DNA of 64,000 bases from Candidatus Magasanikiibacteriota bacterium (GTDB taxonomy: Bacteria > Patescibacteriota > Patescibacteriia > Magasanikbacterales > GWA2-37-8): NCBI GenBank assembly GCA_046590235.1, contig JBKJTY010000032.1, positions 6,834 through 70,833 of the forward strand, read 5' to 3'. The notes under the pieces are model-generated. The model searched no databases. It was not told the DNA's origin and saw only the letters and a list, made by a program, of their open reading frames with translations. The position numbers and the translations under genes were made by a program. Below, in pieces: positions 57,861 through 64,000 of this stretch (positions within the stretch are counted from its first letter, which is position 1; the number at the start of each line of letters is the position of its first letter).

Positions 57861-58040
57861 AAGAAAAATAAAAACACGTCTTTTAAACGTGCCAAGAGTC
57901 CCAATGGGACGATACCATCTTGTGCTTTCACTTAATGACGGCGCTGACGGGCCTACCCGCGGGGATCTACTAGCCGTTTCCGCCAAGTGGCGGAGGCGTT
58001 CTGCCCCGAGCTCCCTGGTGATGCCAGGTGAAATGCTTCT
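57861..58040 (-). promoter_or_regulatory. ileS 5' leader, candidate T-box-like riboswitch
   Basis: Promoter TTGACA-17-TACTAT at 58047-58075 (minus) gives ~180-nt leader; 3' part folds as AAGA[UGGUAUC]GUCCC-AUUG-GGGAC UCUU (7-nt bulge beginning UGGU, complementary to tRNA-Ile ACCA), then hairpin CACGU-loop-ACGUG plus U-run, then ATG. Confidence 0.35.
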
Positions 58041-58074
58041 ATCCACATAGTACGCCCAAAACAGCACTTTGTCA

Positions 58075-58116
58075 AAAGCAAACAGGGTGGGATGGCGGCG
58101 CCTGAACCGCCATCCC
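58075..58116 (-). terminator. Terminator after GC-rich lipoprotein gene
   Basis: minus strand gggatggcgg-ttcaggcg-ccgccatccc then accctgtttgcttttg. Confidence 0.6.
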
Positions 58117-58121
58117 TTAGG

Positions 58122-58463
58122 TCAAAAAACAAAGGTTCCCTGGTGTACGCCCCGATCATCAATTATGACCGGATCGTTTTCTGGCATAGTAATAATAAAA
58201 CCAGTAGCAGTCCGCCGCAAAGCACTCGGGTATCCGTGCACCACCCGCCGGTTTGGAAACCGCTCTATTATCAATTTCCCCTGCTCCAACCGCACAATCC
58301 CAACCATCAAATGCAGGTCGTCGGACAACAAGGTCCAAGCGTCGCCCTCCGCTGTTCCTGGACCAATGTTTTCCGGAGCAACCTCTATCTCTGGTGAGGA
58401 AAATCCCTGCCGATGAGTGGCGCATCCACCCAATACGAGTACTAAAACCAGCCTCCAACCCAT
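58122..58463 (-). CDS. Hypothetical lipoprotein (islet 5)
   Basis: MGWRLVLVLVLGGCATH signal peptide with LGGC lipobox; GGGAG SD; GC-rich; ORF-track 5' extension is TTG-initiated. Confidence 0.6.
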   Translation of the reverse strand: MGWRLVLVLVLGGCATHRQGFSSPEIEVAPENIGPGTAEGDAWTLLSDDLHLMVGIVRLEQGKLIIERFPNRRVVHGYPSALRRTATGFIITMPENDPVIIDDRGVHQGTFVF

Positions 58464-58574
58464 GTTTTTCTCCCTGCGGCACCTGCCGCGCCAAGACTGT
58501 AACAAAGGCCACTTCAAGACAGGATAAAGTCCTTCTTTTTTGCTTTATATAAGCCAAAATATTCTAATACAGCC

Positions 58575-58603
58575 TTGACAAAAGAGCTTTTTTATGCTAT
58601 AAT
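58575..58603 (+). promoter_or_regulatory. Perfect consensus sigma70 promoter cTTGACAaaag-17-TATAAT
   Basis: cttgacaaaagagcttttttatgctataat. Confidence 0.6.
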
Positions 58604-58748
58604 TGCACGTTACAATATGCTTGTAATCAGGTATATTGTACTTGTTCTTTACAACGAACTTTGGTCCTTATAACGCCTACCCGGGCTTTGCAAGGACCGC
58701 AGTTCCCCACCCCCCCCATTTTGCGTCATCATGACGCGGAGTACCACC

Positions 58749-59240
58749 ATGAATTTCCTGAACTGGCTCTCGGACAAGTCGCAGGCTGGATCCAGCCTCA
58801 TGGGTCTGCTCATGATCCTCACGATCGGAGCTTGGCTCGTGTTTGATTTTTTTCCCGCCTTCGTTCATCACTTTTCCAAGAAGGAATTTGTGATCAAGGA
58901 GTACTTCCGAAACGCGCCCCTGAACTTTGCACTCGCGGTTGTTGCTGGCGCCTGGTTGCTCAGCGGAATCTTCATGACCATGGCGCTCAGCTGTTCTGAT
59001 GCCCACCGCTCAGATCCTCGGAATGCCTGCCAGAATATGCCCTCGGCGTATGTGATTGAGCGCGAAGGCTACCTCCGAAGCTTGCTCCACTACGCAGGCA
59101 GCATCCTCGCCTTCTTGGTCCTGACAGCCTTCTTGGTTGGCATGGCGTATCTTCTCTATTGGCTGTGCAAACAGGCAGTGAGACGCATGCTCAGCCCAGC
59201 CTGGCGCTATATTCGATCCTTCAAGCTGAAGGTGGGGTGA
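58749..59240 (+). CDS. Hypothetical membrane protein (islet 5)
   Basis: 4 predicted TM helices, GC-rich; GGAG SD before ATG 58749 (alternative ATG 58731); terminator hairpin 59247-59277. Confidence 0.55.
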   Translation: MNFLNWLSDKSQAGSSLMGLLMILTIGAWLVFDFFPAFVHHFSKKEFVIKEYFRNAPLNFALAVVAGAWLLSGIFMTMALSCSDAHRSDPRNACQNMPSAYVIEREGYLRSLLHYAGSILAFLVLTAFLVGMAYLLYWLCKQAVRRMLSPAWRYIRSFKLKVG

Positions 59241-59386
59241 AACACTGGGGTGTCGGTGGATTTTCCGTCGACACCCCGCAAGACCAGTTTTCTGAAATTA
59301 TTCAGGAAGCTGGTTTTTTATTTAACCATTGCCAAACCAAAGGAGCGTGCTATAATTACCGTGTTTACTAATCTACATGCTTATAT

Positions 59387-59665
59387 ATGCGTGAAACTTT
59401 TGTACGGGAGGAACGTGACTTAACCACCTTAAAACAGCACTACATTGAATTAATTGAGCAAGGTTTGGCAGTTACCAAAAAAGAAAGTCGCGACCGTTAT
59501 CGCACTATGCTATCTGAATCTCTAAAAAGTGAAGAAACTTCAATTAAAGTGCAGGACCTTATTAAGATTGCTAATGATATTGGTATTGCAAGCCCGGTAT
59601 TTGTTAAAGAGGGCCCAAAAAATATGTTTGAAATTGTTGACGCTATCTTACCTGCTATTAAATAG
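59387..59665 (+). CDS. Hypothetical protein
   Basis: 92 aa ORF with host-like composition. Confidence 0.45.
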   Translation: MRETFVREERDLTTLKQHYIELIEQGLAVTKKESRDRYRTMLSESLKSEETSIKVQDLIKIANDIGIASPVFVKEGPKNMFEIVDAILPAIK

Positions 59666-59677
59666 GTCTTTAGTTGT

Positions 59678-60118
59678 ATGATTTACATCGCCTCCGACCA
59701 CGCCGGCTTTCAGCTCAAAAAAGCCCTGATTACCTATCTCCAAAAAGTTCTTAAGCTTGAAACAGAAGATCTTGGCCCTGAAGCGTACAACCAAGATGAT
59801 GATTATCCTGATTTTGCCGCTCCAGCAGCTAAGAAAGTAGCTGAGAACAAAGGATCCCTTGGTATTTTGATCTGCGGCTCAGGTCATGGCATGACTATTA
59901 CCGCTAACAAGGTTGCCGGCATTCGTGCTGTACTTGCCCCAAGTATTGAATCCGCTGAATTTGCTCGTAAAGAAGATAATGCCAATGTCCTCTGTCTTGC
60001 AGGTCGTGTTTTATCCGATGAACATGCTCGTGCGATCGTAAAAGCCTTTATTGATAAACCATTTAGTGGCGATGAGCGCCACGCCAGACGTTTAAGAAAA
60101 ATTACCGAACTCGAATAA
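59678..60118 (+). CDS. rpiB: Ribose-5-phosphate isomerase B (RpiB/LacAB family)
   Basis: MIYIASDHAGF...LICGSGHGMTITANK typical RpiB. Confidence 0.85.
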   Translation: MIYIASDHAGFQLKKALITYLQKVLKLETEDLGPEAYNQDDDYPDFAAPAAKKVAENKGSLGILICGSGHGMTITANKVAGIRAVLAPSIESAEFARKEDNANVLCLAGRVLSDEHARAIVKAFIDKPFSGDERHARRLRKITELE

Positions 60119-60120
60119 GT

Positions 60121-60762
60121 ATGTCCGAACCAGTTATTATCCCAGCTATTCTCACCGATTCATTTTCAGAACTCCGAAAACAAATTCAACGTCTTGATAA
60201 AACGTTTAAACACATTCACATTGATATCCTCGATGACACACTTGTGCCCGGTTTAACATTTGACGATGTTGAATTTGTTAAAACCATTTCAACAACTGCC
60301 AAATTAGAACTTCACTTCATGGTTAATAATCCATTAGAGCATATTCCTTATTGGGAAAATGTTACTAGCGTCTTTCGCATTCTCGTACACGTTGAAGCAA
60401 CATGTGATATAAAAGAAACTATCAATGCCGCACGTGAACGAAACTGGCAAGTTGGTATCGCACTTAATCCCGAAACACCGCTTGAAAAAATTAATCCTTA
60501 CCTCAAACAAGTTGATACTGTTCAATTCATGACAGTACACCCTGGTGGCCAAGGCGCCCCATTTGTTCCGGAAGTTATTGAAAAAATTAAGAAATTCACT
60601 AGCAGCCCACATCACCCCGTTTGCGCAGTTGACGGTGCGATGTCTGAGAAAACTATCAAACAGTTGCGCGATGCGGGTGTTACTCAGTTTGTAGTTGGTA
60701 GCTATTTTGCTAAATCTACCGATCTCGGACAAAGTTTACAAACATTACAAAAATTACTCTAG
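60121..60762 (+). CDS. rpe: Ribulose-phosphate 3-epimerase family protein
   Basis: IIPAILTDSF...HIDILDD...MTVHPGGQGAPF TIM-barrel Rpe-like pattern. Confidence 0.7.
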   Translation: MSEPVIIPAILTDSFSELRKQIQRLDKTFKHIHIDILDDTLVPGLTFDDVEFVKTISTTAKLELHFMVNNPLEHIPYWENVTSVFRILVHVEATCDIKETINAARERNWQVGIALNPETPLEKINPYLKQVDTVQFMTVHPGGQGAPFVPEVIEKIKKFTSSPHHPVCAVDGAMSEKTIKQLRDAGVTQFVVGSYFAKSTDLGQSLQTLQKLL

Positions 60763-60765
60763 AGT

Positions 60766-61713
60766 ATGTACGATCTGATTATTATTGGAGGAGCTGCAGT
60801 TGGTTGTAGTGCTGCTGTGTATGCTGCCCGCCGTGGACTTAATTTTAAAGTTGTTACTGATAACATTGGTGGCGAAGTTGCCCTTTCCGGTGTTGTTAAT
60901 AATTGGCCTGGTATTATTGATATCCAAGGCTATGAATTAGCGCAAAAATTTGCAGAACATGCTAAATCATACGGCGTACAATTTGATGAAGGTTGGAAAG
61001 TGACTGATATCACACCAATCGGAAAACACCATGTCGTAAAAGCAAAGAATGCTATCGGTGATGAACGTACCTACGAAACTAAAGCGGTGATCGTTGGTAC
61101 AGGTATTCACCCTCGCCATCTTGGTGTTCCTGGTGAAGACGCACTACTCCACAAAGGTGTCACCTATTGTACTGTTTGTGACGGCCCTCTCTACCGAAAT
61201 AAAACTACCATAACTGTTGGAGCTGGAAATAGTGCGCTCGAGTCAGCTTTGATGATGGCGACACTCGCTAAAAAAGTATACGTACTGACTAAATTTCAAA
61301 ATATTCCTGAAACCCAAGGAGGTTTTCCTAAAGGTGAACGTATTTTAATTGATAAACTAAAAGCGTGTGTAAATGTAGAAATTATTTACGCAGCACATAC
61401 TACAGAAATTGTTGGTCCTAGTCGTGTTACATCGTTAAACTATACTGATGCGACTGGTGGCACACATTCTATTGCCGCAGATGGTGTGATGGTGCACATT
61501 GGCATGATACCAAATTCTCAATTTGCAACATTGCTTGATAAGAATAAACAAGGGGAAATTATTGCTGATACCCGCTGTCGCACTAATGTGCCTGGGATCT
61601 TTGCAGCTGGCGATGTTACCGATATTCCATACAAACAAATTGGTATTGCTGCTGGACAAGGCATTGTTGCCGCATTGTCTGCTATCGAACACATTAATAT
61701 GTGGACTGAATAA
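60766..61713 (+). CDS. trxB: Thioredoxin-disulfide reductase
   Basis: FAD motif IIIGGAAVGCSAAVYAAR, redox CTVCDG, NADPH motif GAGNSALE. Confidence 0.85.
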   Translation: MYDLIIIGGAAVGCSAAVYAARRGLNFKVVTDNIGGEVALSGVVNNWPGIIDIQGYELAQKFAEHAKSYGVQFDEGWKVTDITPIGKHHVVKAKNAIGDERTYETKAVIVGTGIHPRHLGVPGEDALLHKGVTYCTVCDGPLYRNKTTITVGAGNSALESALMMATLAKKVYVLTKFQNIPETQGGFPKGERILIDKLKACVNVEIIYAAHTTEIVGPSRVTSLNYTDATGGTHSIAADGVMVHIGMIPNSQFATLLDKNKQGEIIADTRCRTNVPGIFAAGDVTDIPYKQIGIAAGQGIVAALSAIEHINMWTE

Positions 61714-61769
61714 TTTTTTATTAAGGCCCACCTTCGCTTTTTGGAGCTACGGCGGGTAAGAGAGGAAAT

Positions 61770-62756
61770 ATGCATCATTTTATTACCATTGGCGATCCAG
61801 TGCTCGACACACTCGTGCAGCTATCTGACGATACTGCTAAATTACGAGTAAACCCTGCACATGAATTAGAGCTGTGTTTGCAGTACGGCAGCAAAGTGCC
61901 GATTCTTGATAGCTTTCAAGCTCTTGGTGGTAATGCTGCTAACGTTGCTGCTGGTGTTGCTCGACTTGGACACACTTCCGCAATTGTAACCACATTAGGC
62001 AAAGATGATCTTGCTATGATGGTGGTTGATCTTCTTAAAAAATCCAGCATCGATACGCAGTACATTACACATGATGCTAAAACAAAAACACGCTACTCAA
62101 TTGTCCTCAATTATCAAACTGACCGCACCATTCTTTCCTATTCTGATGCAAGGAACTATGTATGGCCAAAAGATATAAAGGCTGTTGACTGGATTTACTA
62201 CACGGGCCTGAGCGAAGGCTACGAATCTCTTCAACAGGAAGTATTGGATTTTCTCAAGAAGCATTCATCGGTAAAAATGGCCTTTAATCCAGGTTCAAAA
62301 ATGCTTCAAAACGGCATTGCCCCACTCAAAGATCTTTTAACACGAACAGATGTTCTCATTGTTAATTTAGAAGAAGCTGAAATGTTGGCTAAAACTAAAT
62401 TAGCCGAAACGAAGACTACCTCTTCCCTGCTCCATAAACTACTTGAGCTCGGACCTGACGAAGTGATAATTACTGACGGTGAAAATGGTGCTTGGGCCGG
62501 AAATCACGAAACGATTTGGCACCTTCAAAGTTTTCCTGTAACAGTTATTTCAAAAGTCGGCGCGGGTGATGCTTTCTCTGCAGCATATCTCGCTGCACGA
62601 CAAGCCGAACATGATATTCCGCGCGCTCTTCAGTGGGGTGTGGCTAACAGCTCAAGCGTCATTCAAGAGCTTGGCTCACAAGCTGGTCAACTTGACCAAA
62701 GTGGCATGCAAAAAATGCTTGCGAAGTATAAAACAATTACTCCAACCCAAATATAA
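61770..62756 (+). CDS. PfkB-family carbohydrate/ribokinase-like kinase
   Basis: GG motif LGGNAANVA and C-terminal GAGDAFSAAYL ATP-binding motif. Confidence 0.75.
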   Translation: MHHFITIGDPVLDTLVQLSDDTAKLRVNPAHELELCLQYGSKVPILDSFQALGGNAANVAAGVARLGHTSAIVTTLGKDDLAMMVVDLLKKSSIDTQYITHDAKTKTRYSIVLNYQTDRTILSYSDARNYVWPKDIKAVDWIYYTGLSEGYESLQQEVLDFLKKHSSVKMAFNPGSKMLQNGIAPLKDLLTRTDVLIVNLEEAEMLAKTKLAETKTTSSLLHKLLELGPDEVIITDGENGAWAGNHETIWHLQSFPVTVISKVGAGDAFSAAYLAARQAEHDIPRALQWGVANSSSVIQELGSQAGQLDQSGMQKMLAKYKTITPTQI

Positions 62757-62758
62757 TG

Positions 62759-62797
62759 TAAAACCCGATCGTTTAAAGCGATCGGGTTTTATTTTTT
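62759..62797. terminator. Bidirectional terminator
   Basis: aaaacccgatcgtttaaagcgatcgggttttatttttt. Confidence 0.75.
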
Positions 62798-63506
62798 AGT
62801 AGAATCGTTGTGGAAGATGTGCTCCACGCATACGGTTTAATTCCGACTTTCTTCCTTTGAAGAAATCAACCGACTCACAGACTGCGTGATACTCAAGCTC
62901 AGGCGCAAGAAGGCATAAACCATGCTCAAAATGCTCCACTCGTGCACGAATTTCATCGGCTAACGTTGGATGATCTTGTTCTTTTGCAGCTAGATCGCGG
63001 AGATGGTTTAATGTTTCTTTAATTTCTTTGAGAAGCACTTTAAATTCTGCAACTCGTTCCATATATCGTTTTTTTCCAACACCGATTACCTCACGACCAA
63101 CATATTCACGTAAATCGTATTGCATTTCAACTAATTTTACACATAATTCATTTCGTTCTTCTAGCGCGAAGAAATCCGCAGGACGACCAGAGTGTAACTC
63201 ACGGAATGTGCCACCATATTTTTTAAAATCCTGATATTTTTGCTGCATTTCTGGGGACAGTCGTGGGATCAAAAAGTGTTCACCAACTTCAGATTCAGCA
63301 AGCGCCATAAACTCACGATATGCTTGGTTCCAAGGCCAAATTTCATAACCAAAGGCAATCATAGTCTCTTCAACATGATCAAGCGTAATTGTCTGGTCAT
63401 TTTTTAAATGCGTCAAAGCATGCTCCATCTTCCGTTTTGTTTCTTGAGGAAAGAGTGGAGGAATATTTTTGTACAAATGCTCAAAGAGAGCGATGGTTGA
63501 TTGCAT
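62796..63506 (-). CDS. Hypothetical protein
   Basis: 236 aa, helical; no domain recognised. Confidence 0.55.
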   Translation of the reverse strand: MQSTIALFEHLYKNIPPLFPQETKRKMEHALTHLKNDQTITLDHVEETMIAFGYEIWPWNQAYREFMALAESEVGEHFLIPRLSPEMQQKYQDFKKYGGTFRELHSGRPADFFALEERNELCVKLVEMQYDLREYVGREVIGVGKKRYMERVAEFKVLLKEIKETLNHLRDLAAKEQDHPTLADEIRARVEHFEHGLCLLAPELEYHAVCESVDFFKGRKSELNRMRGAHLPQRFY

Positions 63507-63508
63507 AT

Positions 63509-63988
63509 TTATTTGATTGTACCGAGTTTGTGGCTGATTTCGTACATTGCCACGCCGCCAGCAATACTGACATTAAGGCTTTTTTTTATACCCGCCATCG
63601 GCAAATGCACCACAGCATCACAATACTGTAAAATATTTTTGGTGATACCCGTCTTTTCATTGCCAACAATCAAAGCGATCGGCGCTTCCGGTTGCCACGT
63701 GTATATACTAACACTATTTTTAGTCTTTTCCAAGCCAACAATTTTGTATCCTTCACTTTTTAACTTCTTTAGGAGGCGTGTGGTCTGTTTATAATGCTCC
63801 CATGGTACCACTTTTTCTGCGCCAAGCGACACTTTATCAACCTGCGTATGTGGCGGGCATGGTGTGTAGCCAACGAGATAAATTTTGTTTACTCCGCAAC
63901 CATCGGCGGTGCGAAACATAGCACCAACATTATGACCGCTACGTATATTTGGTAAAATAAGAATGAATTTTTCTTTATCTATACTCAT
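63509..63988 (-). CDS. tRNA/rRNA 2'-O-methyltransferase, SpoU/TrmL-like (SPOUT)
   Basis: 159 aa, GHNVGAMFRTADGCG and LIVGNEKTGI motifs of the SpoU/TrmL family. Confidence 0.75.
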   Translation of the reverse strand: MSIDKEKFILILPNIRSGHNVGAMFRTADGCGVNKIYLVGYTPCPPHTQVDKVSLGAEKVVPWEHYKQTTRLLKKLKSEGYKIVGLEKTKNSVSIYTWQPEAPIALIVGNEKTGITKNILQYCDAVVHLPMAGIKKSLNVSIAGGVAMYEISHKLGTIK

Positions 63989-64000
63989 ATTTTATTTAAA

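Noticed and set aside
57861-58067. N-terminal 69-aa extension of ileS in the ORF track
   Set aside because: Initiates at TTG far upstream and covers the leader/promoter; the IleRS N-terminus (MYNANLEEQKILEFW, HIGH motif shortly after) fits ATG 57860
58159-58557. 132-aa minus-strand ORF overlapping the lipoprotein gene in another frame
   Set aside because: The lipobox/signal peptide, SD and terminator all belong to the 58122-58463 frame
1-64000. Search for tRNA, rRNA, CRISPR arrays, transposases or integrases
   Set aside because: No tRNA T-loop/acceptor patterns, no rRNA-like conserved stretches, no regularly spaced direct repeats and no transposase/integrase-like ORFs were found by eye; absence is not proven without tRNAscan/Infernal

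Overview
This 64 kb window looks like a small, AT-rich bacterial genome; a Patescibacteria/CPR-like organism is a tentative guess and cannot be proven without searches.

Backbone genes (high confidence):
- Minus-strand S10-operon block: rpsQ (partial), rpmC, rplP, rpsC, rplV, rpsS, rplB, rplW, rplD, rplC, rpsJ.
- The str operon: tuf, fusA, rpsG, rpsL.
- A sensor-kinase / Cache-HAMP / two substrate-binding-protein / response-regulator operon.
- A type IV pilus locus: pilB, pilC, four prepilin-type genes and a convergent pilA-like gene.
- uvrD/pcrA, tgt, rlmH, trpS, an ECF sigma factor and a stand-alone rplA.
- A dTTP-synthesis cluster: dCMP deaminase, a P-loop kinase, dut, a tandem-duplicated thyX-like gene and a tmk-like gene.
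- gatB, ruvA, a Nif3-like gene, ileS.
- A pentose-phosphate/redox cluster: rpiB, rpe, trxB, a PfkB kinase and a SpoU/TrmL methyltransferase.

Most interesting candidate new system (45.5-54.9 kb): a plus-strand locus encoding
- a 795-aa fusion of two ATP-grasp ligase domains, the C-terminal one D-Ala-D-Ala-ligase-like;
- three tandem ~300-aa paralogous Fem/CelD-like GNAT-fold proteins;
- a membrane-anchored Clp-D1-like AAA+ protein that appears leaderless;
- a 945-aa secreted protein with internal ~160-aa tandem repeats.
This could be a tRNA-dependent or ATP-grasp peptide-ligation or surface-modification system.

Other notable features:
- Compositionally distinct small-ORF islets at 7.2-9.1, 12.5-13.6, 28.5-29.4, 29.9-30.5 and 58.1-59.3 kb (a possible sixth at 34.2-34.6 kb). 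Each gene is a self-contained promoter / SD / ORF / hairpin-terminator unit. One islet splits tuf from fusA.
- A ~30-nt palindromic repeat of the VIPAKAGIQ/LDSRFRGND peptide type. One copy is intergenic, in a structured MITE-like region. One copy is inserted in-frame inside ileS.
- A candidate T-box-like leader upstream of ileS.
- A 400-nt structured, GC-elevated spacer between rpsJ and rplC.
- A recurring cTTGACAaaag-N17-TATAAT promoter signature.

No rRNA, tRNA, CRISPR array or transposase was recognised.
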